A stretch of DNA of 56,069 nucleotides, taken from the NCBI GenBank assembly GCA_016293365.1, contig JAEDEK010000001.1, positions 1 through 56,069 of the forward strand. The letters are read 5' to 3'. Source of the stretch: Bulleidia sp. (GTDB taxonomy: Bacteria > Bacillota_I > Bacilli_A > Erysipelotrichales > Erysipelotrichaceae). Shown in pieces: positions 38,301 to 47,851 of this stretch. Each line of letters opens with the position of its first letter. Within the stretch, counting starts at the first letter, position 1. The position numbers were made by a program, and so were the translations under genes. The notes beneath the pieces were generated by a model that did no database searches, was not told the origin of the DNA, and saw nothing but the letters and a program-made list of their open reading frames with translations.

Positions 38301-39200
38301 TTCCACGCTGGTGGTGCGGTAACTGCAGGCGGTGATATCACACAGGGTCTGCCTCGTGTCGAAGAACTGTTTGAAGCACGTACACCAAAGGGTGTCGCAG
38401 TCATCTCCAAGATTGACGGTGAAATTACGGATATCCGTGATAACGACACAAATACAGGTCGTATTGTTACTGTTACAAATGAAACAGAATCTGTTGAACA
38501 CAAGTGCGATAAGAACCAGAATATCCGTGCATGGATGAAGGTCGGCACACAGGTTCACGCAGGTGAAAAGCTGACAGAAGGTCAGATTGCACCAAAGGAA
38601 CTGCTCGAAGTAGCTGGTGTCAGAGCTGTTCAGGAATATATCCTGAAAGAAGTCAAGAAGGTTTACGCTACTCAGTCCATTGATATCTCCGATAAGCACC
38701 TTGAAGTCATGATCAAGCAGATGCTCAAGAAGGTAATCGTCATCGAAAGTGGCGAAACAGGACTGACAGCAGGTCAGACATTATCACTGATCCGTATGAA
38801 CCAGATCAATGAAGAAGCTCTGGATGAAGGCAAGGCTCCAGCCAAGTTCACACCGATCATGCTTGGTATTTCCAAGGCAGCGGTTGAAACTGACTCCTTC
38901 CTGTCTGCAGCATCCTTCCAGGAAACAACACGTGTCCTGACAGAAGCTGCAATCCATGGCAAGGTAGACCATCTGGAAGGTCTGAAGGAAAATGTCATTA
39001 TCGGTAAGCTGATTCCTGCAGGTACAGGAAGAGACTTTGATCGTGAATCCTCTAGAATGATCAGAGATGTCGCTGATGAACTGGTTGAAATCAGAAGAGA
39101 AGCCAACAGAGCTCTTGAAGAAGCCAAAGAAGAAGCAACACGTCTTCCGGATGATGTCCTGGGTGATGTCGACGGACGTGAAGCTGACACAATGGAATAA
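35307..39200 (+). CDS. rpoC: DNA-directed RNA polymerase subunit beta'
   Basis: N-terminal zinc finger, catalytic [28 protein letters not shown]. Confidence 0.99.
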   Translation: MNINNFTAMKIGLASPEKIREWSYGEVKKPETINYRSQKPEKDGLFCERIFGPQKDWECACGKYKKIRYQGVVCDRCGVEITKSSVRRERMGHIELAAPVAHIWYLRGIPSRMSLLLNIPPKQLEEVVYFVCWVVTDPGDTGLAYKQILRENELRHLTAEYGPGSFVAQTGAEAVRTLLEQVDVQAEYDGIMKELEGTTGEKRKKLIKRLDTVEAFLHSDNKPEWMVMTVLPVIPPDLRPMLQLDGGRFATSDLNDLYRRVITRNNRLKKLLELGTPAIIVQNEKRMLQEAVDALIDNGRRSKPITGAGGRALKSLSHSLKGKQGRFRQNLLGKRVDFSGRSVIAIGPYLKMWQCGLPKEMALSLYKPFVINELVNQQIATNPKTAERLINRQDPRVWDCVEKVIEGHPVFLNRAPTLHRLGIQAFFPRLVEGRAIRVHPLVCPAFNADFDGDQMAVHLPLGEMARAETEVLMLGANNILGPKDGKPIVTPGQDLVLGNFYLNMEEKAEEFYAKADRLEALGEKVEAEKWRRYGENEGHVFKDINEILMAYDTHVVHLHSRIAVPANAVGKTCFTEEQNGKYLVTTVGKIIFNQALPADFPYVNEASAKALVATPDSEFLPMGADIRKEISERPLHAEFKKKDLGNLIAAVFDKYKNGDGFVDSHITRTSDVLDNLKDMGYLYSTVAGMTVALSDIKVAPHKDDMVEEGKKQAEVLNRLRDRGLLTPQEWEAQFSKLWYDIKEHVGDTLMASLPRMSPINMMAVSGARGNKNHFTQLAGMRGLMARPTQSKSKTYQPSIIEVPIYSSFREGMTVSEFFNASHGVRKGLTDTALKTAESGYLTRRLVDVAQEVVITEEDCGTERGYLIDGSAAYTDQLGNIKQDTYGAIFDNKNGSIIESMFDRLAGYYTASDVIHPETGELLVEADTYLTDDLARKCADAHALVYIRNVFTCEAEKGICRKCYGRNMATGNLVEEGEAVGIMAAQAIGEPGTQLTMRSFHAGGAVTAGGDITQGLPRVEELFEARTPKGVAVISKIDGEITDIRDNDTNTGRIVTVTNETESVEHKCDKNQNIRAWMKVGTQVHAGEKLTEGQIAPKELLEVAGVRAVQEYILKEVKKVYATQSIDISDKHLEVMIKQMLKKVIVIESGETGLTAGQTLSLIRMNQINEEALDEGKAPAKFTPIMLGISKAAVETDSFLSAASFQETTRVLTEAAIHGKVDHLEGLKENVIIGKLIPAGTGRDFDRESSRMIRDVADELVEIRREANRALEEAKEEATRLPDDVLGDVDGREADTME

Positions 39201-39212
39201 TCCATAACCTAT

Positions 39213-39240
39213 AAAGGTCTCGTTAGTTCGAGGCCTTTTT
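39213..39240 (+). terminator. Intrinsic terminator after rpoC
   Basis: AAAGGTCTCG / CGAGGCCTTT stem followed by a T run. Confidence 0.8.
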
Positions 39241-39692
39241 CATGTAGCATCTTATGTGATTTTTCGACTGCCACGGTCCGATGCAATTCCTGATTCTTAC
39301 TCGGTTTTTACTTGCGCACCAACCTGCCGTAATAAGAAGAAACAGCCAGGGTCAGTGATTACTTTACAGAGCAGATTGTACTTTTGGAATACGACTGTCA
39401 GGATTCACTGACAATGATATCTTAAGCCTCGGCTGATTTTGCCTGATCGATTTTATAATCAGAAAAACTGCAGTCCTTAATTTTGCTTCCTATAAACATC
39501 CAGGTGGTGGCTTTATTAGGGGAAGTATGGCACAGGAAGAAGCGTTGTGTCATGAGTCATTTCTGTACAATGTACTGAACGCATTTGACGCAACTTTTTG
39601 CGATTATAATCGCACATCATTAGGCGTGATCCTTGTTCTGGATATGTGCATGAAGTTGAGCGATGTATACACAACTACAGATTCAGTAATGG

Positions 39693-39730
39693 TTTTGCTG
39701 TAAAATATAACATTGAATTTTACAACAAAA
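39693..39730. promoter_or_regulatory. Probable toxin-antitoxin autoregulatory operator
   Basis: Inverted repeat TTTTGCTGTAAAAT-10nt-ATTTTACAACAAAA (13 of 14 positions pair) overlapping a TTGAAT -35-like box upstream of the antitoxin. Confidence 0.6.
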
Positions 39731-39767
39731 TATTGTACTTTATATATACGAGGAGGTACATGTTAAT

Positions 39768-40022
39768 ATGCCAAATATCAAACCAATCTCAGATCTTAGA
39801 AACTACAGTGATGTTCTACGTGATGTATCTATAGGAGCTCCTGTGTTTCTGACGAAAAATGGAAGAGGAAGATATGCCATCCTGGATATCCAGGATTATG
39901 AGAAAACAGAAGCAACTCTTCACCTCATGAATGAACTTGAAAAAGGACGTAAATCAGGTGAAGTGAATGGCTGGCTGTCATTAGAAGATGTCGAAAAGAA
40001 ACTGGGTGTAAATAATGAATGA
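39768..40022 (+). CDS. Phd/YefM-family antitoxin
   Basis: IKPISDLRNY..VL......PVFLTKNGRG.YAI; acidic C-terminus; overlaps the toxin start. Confidence 0.9.
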   Translation: MPNIKPISDLRNYSDVLRDVSIGAPVFLTKNGRGRYAILDIQDYEKTEATLHLMNELEKGRKSGEVNGWLSLEDVEKKLGVNNE

Positions 40023-40332
40023 AATCCATTTCTCCCCAGAAGCATTGAATGATTTGGTGAAAATCAAAGAATACATTGAGGAGGATTTACTCAATCCATC
40101 CGCTGCTGTAGAGACAATCAAGAAAATTACTAAAAGCCTACGCATCCTGGAAACTTTTCCTCATTCTGGACCTCTATTATCATCCATAGCCGATGTTAAC
40201 AGCGATTATCGTTTTGTCATTAGTGGTAACTACATCAGTTTTTATCGAGTAAACAATGACGAAGTATATGTGGATCGTATTTTGTATTCTCATCGCGATT
40301 ATATCCGCATACTATTTGGGGATAATGTCTAA
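40015..40332 (+). CDS. RelE/ParE-family toxin
   Basis: FSPEALNDL..I.EYI..L.NP.AA..L.TFP.SG..YRF....NYISFYRV....VYVDRILY..RDY. Confidence 0.9.
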   Translation: MNEIHFSPEALNDLVKIKEYIEEDLLNPSAAVETIKKITKSLRILETFPHSGPLLSSIADVNSDYRFVISGNYISFYRVNNDEVYVDRILYSHRDYIRILFGDNV

Positions 40333-40390
40333 CCAATAATCATCATCTACGCACTTCATTCTTAATTATTAGTCTTCCAAATCACGAAAA

Positions 40391-40443
40391 AAGAACCATG
40401 TATTCTTCTGTATACAAAAGACAGATCGATACATGGTTTTCTT
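40391..40443. terminator. Long hairpin downstream of the toxin-antitoxin pair
   Basis: AACCATGTAT / ATACATGGTT perfect 10-bp stem with inner TCTGT/ACAGA, flanked by A- and T-rich tracts. Confidence 0.5.
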
Positions 40444-40618
40444 CCCTTAGCAACAATATCGGTATCCTGGACCTGCAGTTATAGGACGAAACAGATATGC
40501 ATAGGCTCTTTTCTCGTCACATACTAGCTTATATATAATAAATAAAAGAAAACTACATTTTGATCTCAACCAGGAATATAATATATACATGCAACAGAAA
40601 TTCATGATCAGATAGAAG

Positions 40619-40650
40619 AAAACTGCAGACTCAGTGTTCTGCAGTTTTTT
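40619..40650 (-). terminator. Intrinsic terminator of the marR-ABC operon
   Basis: AAAACTGCAGA / TCTGCAGTTTT stem immediately after the minus-strand stop. Confidence 0.8.
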
Positions 40651-42422
40651 TACTCGAATTGGCTTGCGTACAGCCTGTAATAGTTTTTGTGTGCTTTCAT
40701 TAAAGATTCATGTGTTCCCTGTTCTACAACATCGCCATGTTCAAGAACCAGAATCAGATCCGCATTCTGAATGGTGGACAGTCGATGTGCAATGACAAAG
40801 CATGTTTTATCTTTCATCAGATTACGCATGGCTTTCTGAACTTCTTTTTCTGTATTGGTATCCACGTTACTTGTGGCTTCATCCAGAATCAGCATGTTTG
40901 TATCATATAACATGGCTCTTGCGATTGTCAGAAGCTGTTTCTGACCTTTTGAAATGTTACCGCCATCTTCATGAATGATGGTGTCATATCCATCCGGCAG
41001 CTGCATGATAAAACTGTGAATATGAGCTGCTTTTGCGGCTGCGATGACTTCATCTTTTGTTGCACCCTGTTTACCATAGGCAATGTTATCATATATGGTC
41101 CCTTCAAACAGCCATGTATCCTGTAAAACCATGGCATAGCTTCTGCGCAGACTCTTTCGTGTCAATGTACGTGTTTCATGATCATCCACATAGATGTTAC
41201 CATCATTGACATCATAGAAGCGCATGAGCAGATTGATGATGGTAGTCTTTCCTGCACCAGTTGGCCCTACAATTGCAATGGTCTTTCCAGCATCTGCTTT
41301 CAGATTCAGATTGTGCAGAACGATTCTGTCCTTGAGATATCCAAAGGATACGTTTTCCATACGCACATCTCCTTTGACTTCATCCAGACTGTACGCATCT
41401 ATGATATCAGCAGTTTCCTCTTCTTCATCCAGCAGGCGGAAGATTCTTTCGCTTGCGGCAAGAGCAGAATAGATTTCATTGAAGATATTGGCAATTTCGT
41501 TGATTGGACCGGAGAATTTCCGGGAGTACAGAACAAAACTGGAAATACTGCCAAGACCGACTGCACCATTGAAATACAGAATGGAGCCCCATAAACCGAT
41601 TAAGGCAAGACCGATGTTGTTGATCAGGCCTACTGTTGGACCGGTAATCATACCAAGACCATCTGCTTTGTAATAGGCATCGGCAGCTTTATGATTGATT
41701 TCATCAAATCTTTTACTGACCCCATCTTCATAGGCATAGGCGAGAATGGATTTCTGGCCGGAAAACATTTCTTCTACAAATCCGTTCATCACACCATAGG
41801 CATGACTTCTTCTTGCGTACCGTGGTCTTGTATATCTTCCGATTGTACGTGTGAAAATGATTGCTGCAGGGATCGTAATCAGCATGCATACAACAAGCTG
41901 CAGTGAGATGGAGCACATCATGATGAATGAGCCTATGACTGTAACAAGGCTGGTCATGACCTGTACGACATCTGTCGCAATACATGTCGTAACAACATCA
42001 ATGTCATAGCTGACACGGCTGATGATGTCACCTGCCTGATTCTGATCAAAATAGCGGACAGGCAGTTTCATCAGCTTTTCAAAGATGTCCTGTCGCATCT
42101 GAAATCCGATCTTTCTGGAGATACGGATCATGGATATGTTGACAATGAAATTGAGAATGTTGCTGAAGATGTATACAGCGAGCATCAGTTTGACATAGTG
42201 ATATACCGTAGGAAAATCAACTTTACCAGCTCCTGCTTCCACAGCGGTAATTGCTTTACCGGCAAACTTTGGGCCAAGCAGATTACCGATATTGGAACAG
42301 ATCGCAAATACGATGCATACGAGAATCAGCAGTCTGAAATCACTGGTGTAGTGAAATATACGGGCAAGTGCCTGTTTCGTATTCTTCGGTTTTTCTTTCT
42401 TTTTACCATTATCTCTATGCAT
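40650..42422 (-). CDS. Heterodimeric ABC exporter subunit (TMD-NBD) with consensus catalytic Glu/His
   Basis: Multi-TM domain, GPTGAGKTT, ISKGQKQ, LILDEATS, IAHR. Confidence 0.93.
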   Translation of the reverse strand: MHRDNGKKKEKPKNTKQALARIFHYTSDFRLLILVCIVFAICSNIGNLLGPKFAGKAITAVEAGAGKVDFPTVYHYVKLMLAVYIFSNILNFIVNISMIRISRKIGFQMRQDIFEKLMKLPVRYFDQNQAGDIISRVSYDIDVVTTCIATDVVQVMTSLVTVIGSFIMMCSISLQLVVCMLITIPAAIIFTRTIGRYTRPRYARRSHAYGVMNGFVEEMFSGQKSILAYAYEDGVSKRFDEINHKAADAYYKADGLGMITGPTVGLINNIGLALIGLWGSILYFNGAVGLGSISSFVLYSRKFSGPINEIANIFNEIYSALAASERIFRLLDEEEETADIIDAYSLDEVKGDVRMENVSFGYLKDRIVLHNLNLKADAGKTIAIVGPTGAGKTTIINLLMRFYDVNDGNIYVDDHETRTLTRKSLRRSYAMVLQDTWLFEGTIYDNIAYGKQGATKDEVIAAAKAAHIHSFIMQLPDGYDTIIHEDGGNISKGQKQLLTIARAMLYDTNMLILDEATSNVDTNTEKEVQKAMRNLMKDKTCFVIAHRLSTIQNADLILVLEHGDVVEQGTHESLMKAHKNYYRLYASQFE

Positions 42423-42427
42423 GCTTT

Positions 42428-44164
42428 TTACCCCTCACTCAATTCACCCATCTGACTTTCGTAGATGTTGCGATAGTAGTCACAGCTTTCAAGCAACTGG
42501 CTGTGTGTGCCATGACCGATGCATCTGCCATCTTCCAGTACAAGAATCTGATCTGCATTCTGGATGGAACTGACACGCTGCGCAATCATGATCAGCGTGG
42601 AATCATTGTGATGCTCCGCAATGGCTTTTCTTAACAGTGCATCTGTCTTATAATCCAGCGCACTGCTGGAATCATCCAGAATCAGAATATCCGGATTACC
42701 CGCAAGAGCCCTGGAAATCAGAAGTCTCTGTTTCTGACCACCTGACAGATTGGCACCTTTGATATCAGCCTTATAGTCCAGACCTTCTTTCAGCTGTGAT
42801 ATGTATTCATATGCCTGCGCATCCTGGATTGCCGTAGAAAGCTGTTCGTCGCTTAAGTTTCTTCCAAACAGAATATTTTCTTTCAGAGTATCGTTGAAAA
42901 CAATATCGTTCTGAAATACGGAACCAAACAGACTGTGCAGTTCATCCTTTTCATAACTGCGTACATCTTTTCCGTTGATGTATACAGCTCCTTCATCCGC
43001 ATCATAGAAACGCATCAGAAGATTGATGATCGTAGTTTTGCCACAACCGGTAGGACCGATAATACCAAGGGTTCCACCTTTTGGCATTGTGAAGTCAATA
43101 TCGCTCAGGCAGTTTTCCATGTCTTTATTGGACTGCTGTTTCCGATAGGAAAAGCTGACGTGATCGAAGTGAATGTAGGCATCAGATGAATCTGGTTCCG
43201 TATCAATGATGACCTTTGGCTCATCTTCTGCAGCAAGGACAAGTGCGATTCGATCTGCAGAGGCGGATGCTTTGGATGTCATCATGAAAATACGGTTGAG
43301 TGCCATGACGCTCATCATGATCAGATTGAAGTAGGTCAGGAATGCCAGAATGACACCTGGTTTCATCAGACCGGCATTAACTCTGTACGCCCCGATCAGC
43401 ACAACTAAAGTCAGACCGATATTCAGACTCAGCTGCATGGATGGGCCAGGAATTGCCATGAATGTATTGGCCTGCATATCCTGGTCTGTCATCTTCTGAT
43501 TGATATCACGGAAGCGTTCCGTTTCATACTCCGTTTTGGATAATGCCTTGATGACACGGATTCCTGTGATGTTTTCTCGTAATACTCTTGTTACGTCATC
43601 CAGTCTTGTCTGTACTTTGTTGTAAAGAGGGATACCACGTCTGGATACGGAAAGTACGACAACAAGCAGAATCGGAACCATAATACACAGAATACTGCTT
43701 AATACAGGATCGATTGTAAGAGTGACAATGATCCCACCAACAAGCATGATCGGTGCACGCACACAGATGGTCTGAAATGCCTGTGCAAAGGACTGAACGT
43801 TATAACTGTCACTTGTCATACGGCTTGTAAGACTTGGCAGACCGAATGCATCAAACTGACTGCCGGAAAGATTGATTGTCTTATCAAAAAGATCCTTTCT
43901 GACATTGTAGGAAATATGATGTGCATTGTTGACGGCCTTCCTGTTGGCAAGGATATTGAAGATCCAGCACAACAGTGCTGTAAAGATCATTGCGATACCC
44001 CAGAAGATCACATAAGTGAGATTTCCGGAAGGAACAACATGATCGATCATATGTTCCAGGATATACGGCAATGCAAGTTCAAAGAATGTCGCAATCAGCT
44101 TCAGAAACATCGAAAGGCAGATGGCTGAAGCAAAGGTTTTCATATATCTGAAAATCAGCTGCAT
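42428..44164 (-). CDS. Heterodimeric ABC exporter subunit (TMD-NBD) with degenerate site
   Basis: GPTGCGKTT, LSGGQKQR, ILDDSSS (Asp for Glu), IAQR (Gln for His), as in TM287/288-type exporters. Confidence 0.93.
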   Translation of the reverse strand: MQLIFRYMKTFASAICLSMFLKLIATFFELALPYILEHMIDHVVPSGNLTYVIFWGIAMIFTALLCWIFNILANRKAVNNAHHISYNVRKDLFDKTINLSGSQFDAFGLPSLTSRMTSDSYNVQSFAQAFQTICVRAPIMLVGGIIVTLTIDPVLSSILCIMVPILLVVVLSVSRRGIPLYNKVQTRLDDVTRVLRENITGIRVIKALSKTEYETERFRDINQKMTDQDMQANTFMAIPGPSMQLSLNIGLTLVVLIGAYRVNAGLMKPGVILAFLTYFNLIMMSVMALNRIFMMTSKASASADRIALVLAAEDEPKVIIDTEPDSSDAYIHFDHVSFSYRKQQSNKDMENCLSDIDFTMPKGGTLGIIGPTGCGKTTIINLLMRFYDADEGAVYINGKDVRSYEKDELHSLFGSVFQNDIVFNDTLKENILFGRNLSDEQLSTAIQDAQAYEYISQLKEGLDYKADIKGANLSGGQKQRLLISRALAGNPDILILDDSSSALDYKTDALLRKAIAEHHNDSTLIMIAQRVSSIQNADQILVLEDGRCIGHGTHSQLLESCDYYRNIYESQMGELSEG

Positions 44165-44589
44165 GTTTTTCCCTCACTTTCATTCATGTGTTCATACCAT
44201 TTGGATAACAGCTTTTCCAATGTCTGTTTTTCCTCATCTGTAAAACATTCCAACAGAGCATCTCTTTGCCTGTGGTGCTTTTCTCTGCAGGCAAGAGTAA
44301 GCTCAGTACCTTTATCACTCAGATCAATGACAGTGACTCTTCGATCGTTTTCCGGGCGTGATTTGATGATCAGTCCGTTTTCTTCCATCTTCGACAGTGT
44401 TTCACTGAGTGTTGCCTGCCGGATATTCATTTTTTCCAGCAGTTCCTTCTGTGTCTGCGGTCCGTTTCTGTGCAGTGTACGCAGTATTTCCGATTGTGAG
44501 CTCTTACCACCACACATCTTTGAATGGATAATGGCATGGCATCTGCGGAACAGACGCATGATTCTCATATTCTGATCCAGTTCTTCCAT
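44155..44589 (-). CDS. MarR-family transcriptional regulator
   Basis: SQSEILRTL...GPQTQKEL......QATLSETLSKME.NGLI......DRR.....LS.KG; start moved to ATG 44589 after SD GGGGGA. Confidence 0.92.
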   Translation of the reverse strand: MEELDQNMRIMRLFRRCHAIIHSKMCGGKSSQSEILRTLHRNGPQTQKELLEKMNIRQATLSETLSKMEENGLIIKSRPENDRRVTVIDLSDKGTELTLACREKHHRQRDALLECFTDEEKQTLEKLLSKWYEHMNESEGKTCS

Positions 44590-44610
44590 AATGATTCCCC
44601 CATGAACTGC

Positions 44611-44646
44611 ATTATACACCAAAATACTTAGGTACCTATATAATTT
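44611..44646 (-). promoter_or_regulatory. marR promoter with probable MarR operator
   Basis: Minus-strand TATAAT at 44611-44616; perfect palindrome TAGGTACCTA at 44629-44638 with AT-rich imperfect arms over the -35 position. Confidence 0.6.
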
Positions 44647-44993
44647 TAGAATCTGGAACAGAACAGGGATCAGTTGTATCATCTGATATTCGGTTGTAAT
44701 ATGTCGATTACTTTGCATCACCTGACACGGATTCGGTGATTTGTACAGCAAAGTGTCTTCTGTGTTCCTCTACAAGGTAAGGGCTGTTTTGGCAGCAGAT
44801 TCTTTTTCCAGCTTCATCATTCTGAATGCCAGAACACCTTCTTTGATTTCTGAATTCAGTTTCAGATCAAAGATCTGCTAATTACACAACCATATAGGAT
44901 GGCAGTGTGTCGTGGGTGTGCTGGATACACGGAGTATCCTTTCGACTTTGTACTGAAACATAAATCATATATGCTTGGCAGTTATGTAAAAGT

Positions 44994-45021
44994 ATGACAT
45001 TGACTGAAGTCATGCTATAAT
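44994..45021 (+). promoter_or_regulatory. Promoter of the tmk operon
   Basis: ATGACA-16nt-TATAAT with a TG extension, 7 nt before ATG 45029. Confidence 0.65.
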
Positions 45022-45028
45022 GAAATGC

Positions 45029-45658
45029 ATGAAAAAAGGGTTATTTATCACATTTGAAGGACCTGATGGAAGTGGTAAGACCACGGTTTCCAAAGCAGTG
45101 AGTGAAAAACTGCTTTCTGAAGGATATCAGGTCAGATATACAAGAGAACCAGGAGGTTCTGCCATCTCTGAAAAGATCAGAGATATTATTCTGGATCCTG
45201 CCAATACGGAAATGGATCCCCGTACGGAAGCACTCCTTTATGCAGCAAGCCGTCGTCAGCATCTGGTTGACATTGTATTGCCGCTGATTGAACAGGGAGT
45301 AACCGTGATTTCAGATCGCTTTGTGGATTCTTCCATTGCCTATCAGGGATATGGAAGAGGTATTGGAGCAGAAGAAGTGTTCTCCATCAATGCATTTGCG
45401 ATTGAAAATCACATGCCGGTAAAAACTGTTTTTCTCAATGTCAATGCAGAAACAGGTCTTGCCAGAATACAGGCAAACAGAGCGGTTCTGGACAGACTGG
45501 ACGCGGAGAGTGAAGAGTTCCACAAGCGTGTATACGATGGCTATCAGAAGGTCATTGCACAGTATGGCGATCGTATGATTGTTGTGGATGCGTCCAGGGA
45601 TGTTCATGAAGTCATCGCGGAAGTATATTCCATCGTGAAAGGACTTCTGGATGATTAG
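45029..45658 (+). CDS. tmk: Thymidylate kinase
   Basis: FITFEGPDGSGKTT, TREPGG, EALLYAASRRQH, DRFVDSSIAYQG. Confidence 0.97.
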   Translation: MKKGLFITFEGPDGSGKTTVSKAVSEKLLSEGYQVRYTREPGGSAISEKIRDIILDPANTEMDPRTEALLYAASRRQHLVDIVLPLIEQGVTVISDRFVDSSIAYQGYGRGIGAEEVFSINAFAIENHMPVKTVFLNVNAETGLARIQANRAVLDRLDAESEEFHKRVYDGYQKVIAQYGDRMIVVDASRDVHEVIAEVYSIVKGLLDD

Positions 45659-46664
45659 GGATCTGCTGAAGGAAACACAGCCGATCGTTTACCATGCATT
45701 GGATCACGCAGTGCGTGAAGACAGAATTTCCAGTGCGTGGCTTTTTTCCGGTCCTTCCGGTACACCGAAATATGAAGCGGCGATTCTGCTGGCGCAGTCC
45801 ATTTTCTGTGAAAGCGGGGGACAGCTGGCATGTGAAACATGTAATACATGCCGCAGGGTCAAAGAGGGACTGTATACGGATCTGCTGATTCTGGATGGAA
45901 GAGAGAATACCATATCCAAGGAGATGGTGGACAGCCTGCAGGAACGGTTTTCCAAAACAGCAGTGGAAAAAAACGGACAGAGAGTCTATATCATCCGCAA
46001 CTGTGAAAATGCTACAGTGGCAGCACAGAATTCCATGCTCAAGTTTCTGGAAGAACCAGGTGACGGGATAACAGCCATACTGATTACCGATAACATCAAC
46101 AGAATGCTGCCGACCATTCTTTCCAGATGTACACTGCTCCCTTTTGTGCCGATGCCTGCTGAAAGACTTTGTCGGGCTGCAGTGGAAAAAGGTTTTGATG
46201 AAAAGGATGCAGTTCTTGTATCTCATTTCGTAAAGAATGAAGAGGATCTGGAAAAAGTATGGGATGAAAAGAAGAATGCGCCATCCGCACTTTATCAGCA
46301 TATTATCCTGATGGTGAAGCAGTTTCTGAATACGGATGGAGAAACAAGGCTTTATCTGAGTGCAGATTTTGAATCCAGCTATCTTTCATCATTAAAGGAT
46401 ACAGCGAAGGCAAAAAAGGAGAATCTGTTTCTTCTGAGCGGGTTCTATGAAGTTCTGATGTGGTATTGCCGCTGCGTACTCAAGGGGGCTAAAGAAGGTC
46501 CGTTGTGGTTTGAAAAGGCAGTGGAGCAGTGCCGTTATGATACAAAGCAGCTGACACAGCTGCTGTCCATCCTGAATGAACAGCAGGATGCATGCAATAA
46601 ATACAATGATCTGGGTCTTGTCTTCTATCAGACATTATTCAGAGTGGAGGAATACAGACTATGA
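45651..46664 (+). CDS. holB: DNA polymerase III subunit delta'
   Basis: AWLFSGP.G, zinc module C..C..C..C, AAQNSMLKFLEEP, LPTILSRC. Confidence 0.92.
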   Translation: MIRDLLKETQPIVYHALDHAVREDRISSAWLFSGPSGTPKYEAAILLAQSIFCESGGQLACETCNTCRRVKEGLYTDLLILDGRENTISKEMVDSLQERFSKTAVEKNGQRVYIIRNCENATVAAQNSMLKFLEEPGDGITAILITDNINRMLPTILSRCTLLPFVPMPAERLCRAAVEKGFDEKDAVLVSHFVKNEEDLEKVWDEKKNAPSALYQHIILMVKQFLNTDGETRLYLSADFESSYLSSLKDTAKAKKENLFLLSGFYEVLMWYCRCVLKGAKEGPLWFEKAVEQCRYDTKQLTQLLSILNEQQDACNKYNDLGLVFYQTLFRVEEYRL

Positions 46665-47851
46665 GTGAAATGGAAGAAAAGGTAACGGAAGAACAGGTGC
46701 ACTACCCATATGCGGTCGTGATCCGTTTCCGTGGTGAAGGAAAACCATATTCCTTTGGGGCATATGATGATGACTACCATAAGGGAGACTGGGTTGTTGT
46801 GGAAACACAGCAGGGACAGGAAATGGGGGAAGTTCAGTCGGATGCCATGAAGACGGAACTTGTCTGTGTCCATATGCCGAACAAACCTGTACTGCGAAAG
46901 GCAACCCGTCGTGACATGGATGATTATCACAGCAATATGGTGGCTGAAAAACGTGCTTTTGCGATCTGTAATGATAACATCCGGGAACTTGGACTTGATA
47001 TGAGACTTCTTTCAGCCTCCTATACGCTGGACCGTTCCAAGGTGCTGTTTGTATATGTAGCGGATCAGAGAGTTGACTTCAGAGAACTGCTGAAGCGTCT
47101 TGGTTCCAGCCTGCACTGCAGAATTGAACTACGTCAGATCGGCGAAAGAGACAAGGCAAAGATGTTCGGTGGGATCGGTACCTGTGGTATGGAATGCTGC
47201 TGCAGCAGATTCAAGTCCCATTTTGATGTCATTTCCATCAATATGGCAAAGAATCAGCTTCTCGCACTGAATACGGAAAAGCTTTCCGGTATGTGTGGAA
47301 AACTGAAATGCTGTCTGAAATATGAAGATGATCAGTATAAGGAAGCAATTGAAGGTCTGCCGAAGATGAATTCCCAGGTGGAATATGAAGGTGAGATCTA
47401 TCGTGTCACCTCCATCAATATCATGTCGTCCGAGGCAAAACTGCAGAATCCGGATTCCGTTGTATTCATTTCCCTGGACGATCTGAAAAACAAGACGATC
47501 TCCCGTAAGGGTGTGACAATGAAGCCGAAGAATCCTGAAGAGGGCGGTAGAAAACACATCAAAAAGACAACCGTTCTGACAAACCGTGAGGACCCGAAGA
47601 AGGCAAATCATGTCAGCTATGATCTGGAAGCTCCATCACCAGCTGAGCCGAAGAAGGAAGTCAGAACTTTCTCCTCCCGTAAGCCAAAGGGTGAGCAGAT
47701 GGATAAAAAGCAGAACAGTGAACGTAAGCCGAATCCATCGAAGGACCGTTCCCGCAACACCGGCAATAACCGCAGACGTCCGGAACCGAAACCTACAGGT
47801 AATGTGACGGTCAGAACATTCGGTAAAAAGAAAAAGGAAGAGACAAAGTGA
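46661..47851 (+). CDS. ricT: RicT/YaaT (PSP1 domain) protein with a long basic C-terminal tail
   Basis: RVDFRELLK, RIELRQIG.RD, GTCGMECCC, KLSGMCGKLKCCLKYE. Confidence 0.92.
   Translation: MSEMEEKVTEEQVHYPYAVVIRFRGEGKPYSFGAYDDDYHKGDWVVVETQQGQEMGEVQSDAMKTELVCVHMPNKPVLRKATRRDMDDYHSNMVAEKRAFAICNDNIRELGLDMRLLSASYTLDRSKVLFVYVADQRVDFRELLKRLGSSLHCRIELRQIGERDKAKMFGGIGTCGMECCCSRFKSHFDVISINMAKNQLLALNTEKLSGMCGKLKCCLKYEDDQYKEAIEGLPKMNSQVEYEGEIYRVTSINIMSSEAKLQNPDSVVFISLDDLKNKTISRKGVTMKPKNPEEGGRKHIKKTTVLTNREDPKKANHVSYDLEAPSPAEPKKEVRTFSSRKPKGEQMDKKQNSERKPNPSKDRSRNTGNNRRRPEPKPTGNVTVRTFGKKKKEETK

Noticed and set aside
39646..39834. 62-aa ORF overlapping the antitoxin start
   Set aside because: Runs through the AT-rich operator and promoter, has no SD, and overlaps the antitoxin out of frame.
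40570..40597. ATAATATATACATGCAAC resembling a dif (XerCD) site
   Set aside because: The XerD arm TTATGTTAAA is not matched; the similarity is explained by AT richness.
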